Counted from the first letter of the stretch, positions 45,428-53,658 are shown. The stretch is 64,000 bases of DNA from Dehalococcoidia bacterium (GCA_965220785.1 CBDCQW010000003.1:702003-766002); one strand, 5' to 3'. Notes: generated by a model not told the origin, from the sequence alone. Made by a program: numbers and translations.

Positions 45428-45994
45428 ATGAACGCCGGCGAGCCGAAGCTGCCGCAGCTCAGGATGACGTTCGACGGGTTCGACTCGCTGCCCCCGGTTT
45501 CGCTCCCGCCGGGCTACGCTATGACGACGCTCAGCGAGGCCGGAGTCGACGCATGGATCGAGTGCCTCGACGCCACCGGCCAGCTCGGCGACTGGGACGC
45601 CGACAGGGCGGGCGAATGGCTCTCGGGAGAGCGGCATGCCATACCGGAGGGCACCTTCATCGTGACGTCCGGCCGCCGGCCCTCGGCGACATGCTGCACG
45701 ATCCCGCCGATCTCGACGGAGCGCCGCGCCGAGCTGGGCTGGCTGTCGGTCACGCCGGAACACCAGGGCAGGGGATTGGGCTCCCAGGTCTGCCTCGCGG
45801 TGTTACACTTCACGCGGCGGATGGGGTACGCGGAAATCTACCTCAACACGGACGACTGGCGCCTGCCCGCGGTCAAGACGTACCTGACCCTGGGCTTCGA
45901 GCCCGAGATGGCCCACGAAAGCCATCCACGGCGCTGGGCAACGGTGTACGAAAAACTCGGCGTCGCCGGGGCCCCGGACCGACAGGAGGAGTAG
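45428..45994 (+). CDS. GNAT family N-acetyltransferase
   Basis: LGWLSVTPEHQGRGLGSQV acetyl-CoA binding block. Start at MNAGEPK. Confidence 0.75.
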   Translation: MNAGEPKLPQLRMTFDGFDSLPPVSLPPGYAMTTLSEAGVDAWIECLDATGQLGDWDADRAGEWLSGERHAIPEGTFIVTSGRRPSATCCTIPPISTERRAELGWLSVTPEHQGRGLGSQVCLAVLHFTRRMGYAEIYLNTDDWRLPAVKTYLTLGFEPEMAHESHPRRWATVYEKLGVAGAPDRQEE

Positions 45995-45999
45995 ACACA

Positions 46000-47016
46000 A
46001 TGCTGAGACTTGGACTGATCGGCGTCGGACACGGCAGCACACTCATGCAGGTGAACTCCCCCGACCACGACGACGTGCCGATGCGCGTGACGGCGGTCTG
46101 CGACGTGAACGAAGGCAGGATGGCGGCCGCCGCGGCCGAGTACGGCGTGTCCAGGACGACCACCGACTTCCGCGAGCTGGTCGAGGGCGACGACATAGAC
46201 GTGGTGGGCGTCTACTCGCCAGGGCCGCTCCACGCCGACCAGGTGGTGGCGGCGCTGGACGCCGGCAAGCACGTCATGGTCACCAAGTCGATGGTCTACT
46301 CCATCGAGGAGGCGGAGCGCGTCGTCGAAGCCGTCGACCGCACCGGCCTCGTGCTGCTCGTCACCCAGACGATGCGCGGCGACGCCAAGCACATGGAGTC
46401 GAAGCGCCTGTGCGACACTGGCGTCATCGGCGACCTGCTCGTGGGCGAGGCCACCTACATCCACGACCTGCGCCCGGTCTACGCCCGCACCCCGTGGCGG
46501 ATCCAGATGCCCCAGGACCTGCTGCTCGGCGGCGCCTGCCACCCGATCGACGCGCTGCGCTGGTTCTTCGGCGATGTCGACGAGGTGCACTGCTACGGCC
46601 TGCGCGGCGGCGTCGCGAAGGACTATCCGCAGGAGGACAACTTCGTCATCAACCTGCGTTTCAAGAGCGGCAGGATCGGCCGGGTGGCCGCACTGTGCGG
46701 CGTCGTGCACCCCCCGACGCTGCTCATGAACGGCCTCAACCTCTACGGGACCAGGGGCAGCATCGTCGACGGCAGAGTCCGGCTCGAGCCGGAGGGGATA
46801 GTGCCGGTCCGGGAGTACGACATAACCTTCCCGGAGACGCAGCGCGGCCACGGCACCGAGATGATCGTCATGATCGATCACATGGTCGACTGCGTGGTCA
46901 ACGGCGCCACGCCGTGGGTCGGCGTCCGCGAGGGCGCCAGGGTCGTCGCGACCGGTCTCGCGTGCTGGGAGTCGATGCGCACCGGCCAACCGGCCAAGGT
47001 CCGCAACGACTTCTAA
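46000..47016 (+). CDS. Gfo/Idh/MocA family oxidoreductase
   Basis: MLRLGLIGVGHGS Rossmann start preceded by GGAGGAG. 338 aa. Confidence 0.8.
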   Translation: MLRLGLIGVGHGSTLMQVNSPDHDDVPMRVTAVCDVNEGRMAAAAAEYGVSRTTTDFRELVEGDDIDVVGVYSPGPLHADQVVAALDAGKHVMVTKSMVYSIEEAERVVEAVDRTGLVLLVTQTMRGDAKHMESKRLCDTGVIGDLLVGEATYIHDLRPVYARTPWRIQMPQDLLLGGACHPIDALRWFFGDVDEVHCYGLRGGVAKDYPQEDNFVINLRFKSGRIGRVAALCGVVHPPTLLMNGLNLYGTRGSIVDGRVRLEPEGIVPVREYDITFPETQRGHGTEMIVMIDHMVDCVVNGATPWVGVREGARVVATGLACWESMRTGQPAKVRNDF

Positions 47017-47176
47017 CAGGCTGCACAACAACTGTCGTCCCGAGCAGCGCGAAGGACCTGGGGCGGGGTCGGCACCGCCCTGGGCCATATCTCGCCCGCG
47101 GCGGCCTTGAGCGGCTTCAGCGGCCCGCAACCGTCAGTCCTCCGGTACTGGTAGGATGGAAGTGGAGGTACATCCG

Positions 47177-47329
47177 GTGACGGCTTCCACCCGACAGGCG
47201 AGGCGGCGAAGGCCCGCGGCGGACGACAAGCTCGTCCTCTGCGACATATGCGGCGCCGAGATGCTCGCCGCCCACTGCAAGCTCCGCTGCGTCCACTGCG
47301 GCTACACCCGTGACTGCAGCGACCCGTAG
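47177..47329 (+). CDS. possible 50-aa zinc-ribbon protein (below the ORF-track length cutoff)
   Basis: VTASTRQARRRRPAADDKLVLCDICGAEMLAAHCKLRCVHCGYTRDCSDP. Two CxxC pairs, and G/C-rich third codon positions. Confidence 0.4.
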   Translation: MTASTRQARRRRPAADDKLVLCDICGAEMLAAHCKLRCVHCGYTRDCSDP

Positions 47330-47459
47330 CGGAACTCGCCCACCGAGGCTGTGGGTCGTCGGTATGTCCGTGCAAGAGAACTGGATGCCGGTGTCATCTA
47401 TGGTATCGTCCCCGGGACCGTACCGTGGCGACTGAGTTGTGATCGAGGAGGACGAAGAC

Positions 47460-47693
47460 ATGCAGAAGGCATTGCACGTACGGACCACGGTGCTGCCGGA
47501 AGGGAAGGTGGAGATTGTCGATCAGGACCTTCCAGTGGGAGAGGATGCGGACGTAGTGGTGAGTCCTGCGTCCTCTACGGCGGGGCGGTCTGCCGTCGAC
47601 ATCTTGAACGAGGCGCCGGGGGGCTTGGCCTTCAAGACGGCGGCAGACGTAGCGGAATACTTGAAGGAAGAGAAGGAATCATGGGGCCGCTGA
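47460..47693 (+). CDS. small antitoxin-like protein
   Basis: MQKALHVRTTVLPEGKVEIV...TAADVAEYLKEEKESWGR. Start preceded by GAGGAGG. Architecture resembles VapB-like partners of PIN toxins. Confidence 0.5.
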   Translation: MQKALHVRTTVLPEGKVEIVDQDLPVGEDADVVVSPASSTAGRSAVDILNEAPGGLAFKTAADVAEYLKEEKESWGR

Positions 47694-47767
47694 GGCTGCC
47701 CACTGGCGGTCCAGTCTACATCGACGCCAACGCAATGGGAGTTATAGACGGTTTTAGCCAGAGCTAG
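47683..47767 (+). pseudogene. 28-codon stub of a PIN-type toxin
   Basis: MGPLRLPTGGPVYIDANAMGVIDGFSQS then stop. The PVYIDAN block resembles the first PIN strand (v-y-l-D-t-N). Confidence 0.3.
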
Positions 47768-48016
47768 TCAGGGGGATTGACTCTACTCCGCCCTTTGATG
47801 CATTCCGTGCACTCCCACACCTGGGCGCGCTGCGAGAATCCCGCGTCTATGGACGCGCCCCTTGTGGCATACGGCCCGCCGCTCTCCGCGGCCTCATGAC
47901 GGCAGTCTTCTCGGTGGACAATCGCAATATGAGGGTCCTACAGGCTGATTCGGTACGTCATGCGAAACCTCTCCTGGGGCGGCTAGGAGACTGGGACGTA
48001 GCAGGCGGCGCAGCGG

Positions 48017-48391
48017 CTAGAGTGCAGGCCGGTATGAACCGGGCAGACTGGGCACTGCAACTAGGCAATGGTTGGACGTGTCGGCGACCAGTCCGAACAC
48101 CTGTAGAGTAGTAGCGCCTAATAGGTACTGCCCTTCATCTCCAAAGACCACGCGGTTGGGGATTTCCCGGCCCTCGATATGCACCGTCGCGTCTCCTACC
48201 GGGAGAAGTGCTTCCGCACCATCTGCAAACGTGAAGGTCTGGTGCTCTTTGGGCTGTACCCCTACACGGTCGCGCAGGATGGCGTCGGGCAGAACTGTAT
48301 ACGTCGCGCCCGTGTCCACCAAGGCGTCAACCCACTCTGTCGGCCCGCCGTTCCCGTCACTGACGCCAACACGCGCGCTGAACGTGCCCAT
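48017..48391 (-). CDS. retropepsin-like (clan AA) aspartic protease
   Basis: ALVDTGATYTVLP catalytic D-T-G-A motif, 124 aa. Confidence 0.75.
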   Translation of the reverse strand: MGTFSARVGVSDGNGGPTEWVDALVDTGATYTVLPDAILRDRVGVQPKEHQTFTFADGAEALLPVGDATVHIEGREIPNRVVFGDEGQYLLGATTLQVFGLVADTSNHCLVAVPSLPGSYRPAL

Positions 48392-48394
48392 GTC

Positions 48395-48649
48395 TTACCT
48401 CCCGGCTGGGACAGCGCTATGGCAGTCCGCGCACAGGCCGTCCAGGTGCAACGTCTCCGGGTAGTGCACCTCCTGGCGACAGCCCGCGCAGCGGTACACA
48501 GGCCCATCGGCCCCAGCGCTCAGGTACTCCCACTGGTGGTCTGCGGGCAGCTTGAACATGGCCTGAGCCATTTCCTCAGCCGTTGCGTCCACGCGGGGCG
48601 GGTACTTACGCCCCAAGGGTCGGCCCCGTTCCTTCTTGGGCTTTGCCAT
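48395..48649 (-). CDS. small Cys-rich (zinc-ribbon-like) protein
   Basis: 84 aa with YRCAGCRQEV...DGLCADCH. Stop lies 3 nt before the protease start. Confidence 0.5.
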   Translation of the reverse strand: MAKPKKERGRPLGRKYPPRVDATAEEMAQAMFKLPADHQWEYLSAGADGPVYRCAGCRQEVHYPETLHLDGLCADCHSAVPAGR

Positions 48650-48666
48650 GCCTACCAGTATAGCCC

Positions 48667-50389
48667 CTTAGCCCGAATCCACCGATGCGGAGCGGCCTTG
48701 GGGTTGGAACAAGGGGTGAGGGCCGTGGGGCGCGACGGTCCGCGCTCGATCCCGATAAATGGGGCCGGTGGCGGCCTTTGGTTGTCGTTGGGGGCGCCGA
48801 TGGCGGTTCTGGGCAGCGGCGCTGGGGCGGGGTCGGCGGGACAGCATGCAAGGGAAGACAATCGCGGACCGGGCCGGTGCGACTCTGTGGGGTGGTTGAG
48901 TAGTCTGGTGGACGTGTCAGGCGCCGTCGGTGCCGTCAGGCAGGCAATGGCAGGGCTCGCAATCGAGCCAGGGCGCGAGTGAACTGGGTTTCCCAAGGCC
49001 AGCCCTGTGGCAGATGCAAAGTGAGGCGGCGGGCCGAGCGGGTGAGCCGTCCGGCCAGGGAGAAGAAGCGCCGCCGGAGGGTCCTGGTGGTCACCACCCC
49101 CTCGCCCAGACCGATGCGCGCGGTCCAGCGGGCCAGGTTATGGGCCAGCACCTGGACGGCCAGCCAGGCGCCGTTGGCGGCGAAGCGGCCCGAGGGGAGA
49201 TGATTGAGGCCGACGCCGTGCTTGAGGTCTCGGATGGCATTCTCGATCTCGGCGTGGCGGCGATGGTCGGCCTCCAGTTCCAGGACATCCCCCTCGCGGT
49301 CTGTGATGAAGGCGTGATAGCTGTAGTTGGCGAACAGCGCCAGTTGAGATCCGGGTGTGGGCCTCACCCGGCGGACGATGAGCCGTACCGGCGCGGCGTC
49401 GGGCTCGCCCTTGAAGGGCGTGTAGCTGGTTTCGGCCACGTCGGCAGCGCCCTCCATCCAGTAGGGTATGGGCGTCCAGTGATCCTCGGGTATGGCTTCT
49501 ATCAGACTGCGCAGGCTCTGGTGCTGGCGCACGGTGATGGAGAAACGGACATCCATCTTGCGGCAGACGACGACCAGGGCGTGGGCATAGAAGCCGCTGT
49601 CGGCCCGCACCGTGAGTTGTCCTGTAGCCCCAGCATGGCGCACCCGGCCCACGGTCTCCCGCAGGAAGTGGGCGGCGCCCCGAACGGTGTTGGCCCGGCC
49701 CTCGCGAAGCCGGGACATCAGCACGTCGCCGGTGCCGGCGGCGATGGCCAGCAGCGGGTGATAGCCCCGCTTGCCGGTGTAGCCATGGTGGCGCGCCCCT
49801 TCCTTGGCCAGTCCGTAGGTTTCGCAGATGGTGGAGTCCAGATCGATGGTCAACGACCCGTCGCCGGGTCCACCACCAGCGGCCCAGGCTCGGGACAGCA
49901 GCTCCCGGCTCACCCGATCCAACTGGCGGACGTGGCCCCACCGGAAGCTGCGCAGGAAGGTCCCCAGGGTGGACGGCGCCTTGACCACGTAGCCCAGGAC
50001 CCGCCCCGTCCTGCCGGAACGCAACACGTCGGCGTCGTCGATGCAGTCGCCCCCAGCCAGAGCGGAGGCCACCAGGGTCAGCAGCTTGTCCCCGGTGTTG
50101 GCCCGGCCCGGCGCGTCTCCCAGGTCGACGTGGCTGTCGACGAGTTCACGCAGGCCCAGGTGCTGGGCTAGGGTCACCGGAAGCAGCAGCCCAGCATTGG
50201 CCACCAGGCGGGTGTCGTCGAAGGCGATACGGATGCGGTCGGGGTGGTTGCGTGGTAGCATCTATTGGGTGCTCCTTGTTCTGGGGTCGGCTTTGCTGTT
50301 CCAAAACCATTATCCCAGATTCACAGGAGCACCCTCTTGCCGCTTCAGGACACTGACCCGACGCCCTCCTTCGGTGGATTCGGGCTTAG
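48667..50389 (-). mobile_element. IS1380-family insertion sequence, apparently intact
   Basis: Terminal inverted repeats CTTAGCCCGAATCCACCGA (48667-) and its complement with one mismatch (-50389). Single 441-aa transposase. Confidence 0.85.
48936..50261 (-). CDS. IS1380-family DDE transposase
   Basis: N-terminus IAFDDTRLVANAGLLLPVTLAQHLGLRELVD and the 441-aa size are typical of IS1380 transposases. Confidence 0.85.
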   Translation of the reverse strand: MLPRNHPDRIRIAFDDTRLVANAGLLLPVTLAQHLGLRELVDSHVDLGDAPGRANTGDKLLTLVASALAGGDCIDDADVLRSGRTGRVLGYVVKAPSTLGTFLRSFRWGHVRQLDRVSRELLSRAWAAGGGPGDGSLTIDLDSTICETYGLAKEGARHHGYTGKRGYHPLLAIAAGTGDVLMSRLREGRANTVRGAAHFLRETVGRVRHAGATGQLTVRADSGFYAHALVVVCRKMDVRFSITVRQHQSLRSLIEAIPEDHWTPIPYWMEGAADVAETSYTPFKGEPDAAPVRLIVRRVRPTPGSQLALFANYSYHAFITDREGDVLELEADHRRHAEIENAIRDLKHGVGLNHLPSGRFAANGAWLAVQVLAHNLARWTARIGLGEGVVTTRTLRRRFFSLAGRLTRSARRLTLHLPQGWPWETQFTRALARLRALPLPA

Positions 50390-50445
50390 CCGGCCTCGTC
50401 AATATCCCTATCATCAAAGGCAGGATTCCACAGAGGCCATGACCG

Positions 50446-50595
50446 CTATGAGCCAAAAAACAGGATGATGCCGCAACCTACCGCCATGTACGTGCCGTGA
50501 CGGTCAAGCTCTAGGTCGTGTCCGCATTGCGGGCACATCTTTCCCTGGCTAGAAACCCTTCTCCCACAGCCACCGCACGGCCTAAACTTGGGCAT
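50446..50595 (-). CDS. possible 49-aa zinc-ribbon protein with a hydrophobic tail (below the ORF-track cutoff)
   Basis: MPKFRPCGGCGRRVSSQGKMCPQCGHDLELDRHGTYMAVGCGIILFFGS. Confidence 0.4.
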   Translation of the reverse strand: MPKFRPCGGCGRRVSSQGKMCPQCGHDLELDRHGTYMAVGCGIILFFGS

Positions 50596-50600
50596 GACTG

Positions 50601-50906
50601 CTACCTCAGCCGTACCCAGGGGCGGCAGAAAACGGTTGTGAACTCAACGTCGGTCTCGTGGACGTGCAGGATAGCCGGGCCGCGCGTAGTGTGCTGAATG
50701 CGCCGCTCGGCAGTTACCCGCCAGTACCCGCACTCCGCGCCGGTGTCCGTCACGCCCTCAGTCCAGTAGACGCTGGGCGCTATGTCCTCACCTACGGCGT
50801 ACGTCCCACGGCCCGGCAGTGTCTCAGGCAGCCCCAGTCCGGCAGAATAGACGAGGCAGGAGATAGGCACCATGCCCCGCAACAACAGGAATCGGCCCCG
50901 CAACAA
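50601..50906 (-). CDS. hypothetical protein
   Basis: 101-aa ORF. The GTYAVGEDIAPSVYW...CGYWR block resembles small secreted-protein domains. Family not recognised. Confidence 0.4.
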   Translation of the reverse strand: MLRGRFLLLRGMVPISCLVYSAGLGLPETLPGRGTYAVGEDIAPSVYWTEGVTDTGAECGYWRVTAERRIQHTTRGPAILHVHETDVEFTTVFCRPWVRLR

Positions 50907-50915
50907 CAGGCCAAC

Positions 50916-51056
50916 TTCTACGGCAACGATGTGGCCGAGCTCAGACGCGAGTTCTCCGCGTCTGTCGATGAGTATCTTGCCTCCTGCGAGGAGGATGGCG
51001 TCGAGCCCGTCAAGCCCTTCTCTGGCAATCTCCGTCTCGCCTCCCGCCAGTCTTGA
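50916..51056 (+). pseudogene. internal fragment of a HicB-family antitoxin
   Basis: FYGNDVAELRREFSASVDEYLASCEEDGVEPVKPFSGNLRL matches the conserved HicB block (sv.El...F...vddYLe.C...G..P.KpfSGk..lR). No N-terminus and a premature stop. Confidence 0.55.
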
Positions 51057-51167
51057 AGTTCCCGGTGCGGGCGTGCGACGATACCGGCACTTCTACCTGG
51101 TACCGCGGAGAGCAAGACCATCACCGAAGAGTCCACAGACTTCGTACGCGCCATCGTTCGGGACGAT

Positions 51168-52790
51168 GTGGCGGCGGGCAAGCACGGCGGCCGCGTCGCC
51201 ACGCGGTTTCCGCCGGAGCCCAACGGCTATCTGCACGTCGGCCACGCGTCGGCCATATGCCTCAACTTCGGCATCGCCGCCGAGAACGGCGGCGTCTGCC
51301 ACCTCCGCTTCGACGACACCAACCCGATCAAGGAATCCACGGAGTACGTCGAGTCGATCATCGAGGACGTTCGCTGGCTTGGTTGGGACTGGGGCGAGCA
51401 CCTCTACTACAGCTCCGACTACTTCGAGCAGCTCTACGAGTTCGCCGTCAAGCTCATCAGGGACGGCAAGGCGTACGTCTGCGATCTGAGCCAGACGGAG
51501 ATCAGGGACTACCGCGGCACGCCGACGGAGCCGGGTAGGAACAGCCCCTACCGCGACCGGTCGGTCGAGGAGAACCTCAGCCTGTTCGAGGGGATGCGCG
51601 CCGGCGAGTTCGAGGAAGGGTCTCGCGTGCTACGGGCCAGGATCGACATGGCGTCGGGCAATCTGAACCTCCGGGACCCGGTCATCTACCGCATCCTGAA
51701 GGTCTCCCACCACCGCACCGGCGACGCCTGGTGCATATACCCGACGTACGACTTCGCCCAGGGGCAGTCGGACTCGATCGAGCGGGTCACCCACTCGATC
51801 TGCACCACAGAGTTCGAGGACCACCGGCCGCTATACGACTGGCTACTCGATTCGCTGGGCCTGTTCCACCCGCAGCAGATCGAGTTCGCGCGCCGGAATC
51901 TCAGCCACACCGTCATGAGCAAACGGATGCTGCTGAGGCTCGTCGAGCAGGGGACCGTCGATGGCTGGGACGACCCGAGGATGCCCACGATTTCGGGGAT
52001 GCGCAGGCGGGGATACACGCCGGAGTCGATCAGGGCGTTCTGCGAGCAGATCGGCGTCGCCAAGCGGGGGAACGTCGTCGACGCCGCGCTGCTCCGGCAC
52101 TGCGCCCGCGAGGACCTCAACAGACGAGCTCCCCGCGTTCTCGCCGTCCTGCGCCCGCTCAAGGTCGTCATCGAGAACTACCCGGAGGGTCAGGTCGAGG
52201 AGCTCGACGCCGTCAACAACCCGGAGGACGCGAGTATGGGGACGCGGAAGGTCCCGTTCTCCAGGGAGTTGTACGTCGAGCGGGACGACTTCCGGGAGGA
52301 CCCGCCGCGCAAGTTCTACCGGCTGTCCCCGGGCCGCGAGGTGAGGCTCCGGTACGGGTACCTGATCACCTGCACGGACGTCGTGAAGGACGAGCACGGC
52401 GAAGTCGTCGAGCTCCGCTGCACATACGACCCCGAGACGCGCGGAGGCCAGGCGCCCGACGGACGGAGGGTCCGCGGGACCATCCACTGGGTGTCGGCCG
52501 CCCACTCGCTTCCGGCGGAGCTGCGGCTCTACGACCACCTGTTCCTGTCCGAGCATCCCGACCAGGCCGACGACCCGCTGTCGGAGCTGAACCCGGCATC
52601 GCTGGAGGTGCTGCGTTCGGCGAGAGTGGAGCCGGGTCTGGCCGCCGCCGAGCCGGGCGACCGGTTACAGTTCGAGAGACAGGGCTACTTCGCCGTGGAC
52701 CCCGACTCCCGTCCCGAAGCGCTCGTCTTCAACCGCACCGTGCCGCTCCGCGACTCCTGGGCCAGGATCGAGAAGGCATCACGCCGCTGA
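51168..52790 (+). CDS. glnS: glutaminyl-tRNA synthetase
   Basis: [12 protein letters not shown] (HIGH) and VMSKR (KMSKS). Homology to GlnRS N-termini extends upstream to about 51120, where no ATG/GTG/TTG exists. The coordinate given is the first canonical start. Confidence 0.9.
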   Translation: MAAGKHGGRVATRFPPEPNGYLHVGHASAICLNFGIAAENGGVCHLRFDDTNPIKESTEYVESIIEDVRWLGWDWGEHLYYSSDYFEQLYEFAVKLIRDGKAYVCDLSQTEIRDYRGTPTEPGRNSPYRDRSVEENLSLFEGMRAGEFEEGSRVLRARIDMASGNLNLRDPVIYRILKVSHHRTGDAWCIYPTYDFAQGQSDSIERVTHSICTTEFEDHRPLYDWLLDSLGLFHPQQIEFARRNLSHTVMSKRMLLRLVEQGTVDGWDDPRMPTISGMRRRGYTPESIRAFCEQIGVAKRGNVVDAALLRHCAREDLNRRAPRVLAVLRPLKVVIENYPEGQVEELDAVNNPEDASMGTRKVPFSRELYVERDDFREDPPRKFYRLSPGREVRLRYGYLITCTDVVKDEHGEVVELRCTYDPETRGGQAPDGRRVRGTIHWVSAAHSLPAELRLYDHLFLSEHPDQADDPLSELNPASLEVLRSARVEPGLAAAEPGDRLQFERQGYFAVDPDSRPEALVFNRTVPLRDSWARIEKASRR

Positions 52791-52810
52791 GTAACCCGCC
52801 GCCGTAGGCC

Positions 52811-53300
52811 GTAACTGTTCGCGTTCGATGGGGCCCGTGTGCGCCTGTCCGAGCTTCAGGCGGGCCCTTCGATACGGCCCGCCCAAAGTGGCGGGCCTAC
52901 TCAGGGTGAACGGGTTGTGTGGGGCCCGAAGCGGCGCGGCTGCTCAGGTGAACGGATTGTGTGGGCATCAACTCTGAACAATTACCGCCGGCCGCGTTCG
53001 CAGCCGTCACCCTCGCTCCAGACGTCGACGTATCTGTTCAGAGTTACTGACAGGAACACGGGCCACCGCCGGTAGATTCCTCATTTCGTGGGCATGACGG
53101 TGCGTGGGGCCGTTGCCGCACGACCCGTTCACCCCGAGTGCCCCGACGCTTCGTCGGGGTGTATCGAGGGGCCCGCACAGCCCATTGTTTGGGGCGGGGC
53201 CGACGCCGGCATTGGCGACAGAGCTGCGCGCCCCCTTCGATACGCGCCGGTAAAAGCACCGGCACTACTCAGGGTCAGCGGGTTGGGTCGATCCCCGATA
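52811..53300. repeat. REP/BIME-like cluster (at least four units of the GAACGGGTT / TTCGATAC family)
   Basis: Boundary motifs GTAACTGTTCG (52811), AACTCTGAACAATTAC (52970) and CTGTTCAGAGTTAC (53034). Units at about 52860-52925, 52926-52965, 53110-53175 and 53225-53290. Confidence 0.85.
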
Positions 53301-53330
53301 GTCTTCGCGACCGGCCGGGCGTGCAACTTC

Positions 53331-53561
53331 TGGACAATAACCGTACATGCGTGCTATTCTACCCGCGTGATACCCACCCCCGACGCCCCAACTATCCACT
53401 CTTCACTATCCACTATGGAACACCCCTGTCCCATTTTGTTCCGCCCTGTTCCACCTCAGATACGACACGTGGAACACTTGGTGTTCCATTTTTCGGCAAA
53501 GTGTTCCATCGCCCAGATAGGAATGGAACACTTTGGAACACAATGGAACAGCTCACACGGA
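53331..53561 (+). repeat. TGGAACA-hairpin element, copy C (candidate sRNA gene)
   Basis: TGGACA (53331-53336)-N18-TATTCT (53355-53360). Hairpins at 53448-53475, 53469-53489 (followed by a T-run) and 53498-53534. Confidence 0.9.
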
Positions 53562-53658
53562 AAATCCACCGCCCAACGCCCCAACTATCCACTATCCCAC
53601 TACTCCTATCGACCGCTCCACTCAGCCCCAGGGCGCTCCCGCACGTCCCGTCGAGGGA

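Noticed and set aside
44487-45994. 300-aa minus-strand and 392-aa plus-strand ORFs overlapping the PhyH and GNAT genes
   Set aside because: Shadow or fused frames. The PhyH (44628-45395) and GNAT (45428-45994) frames carry the family motifs.
48179-48996. 267-aa plus-strand and 114-aa minus-strand ORFs across the protease gene and the IS left end
   Set aside because: They overlap better-supported genes on the opposite strand and the non-coding IS end. No motifs.
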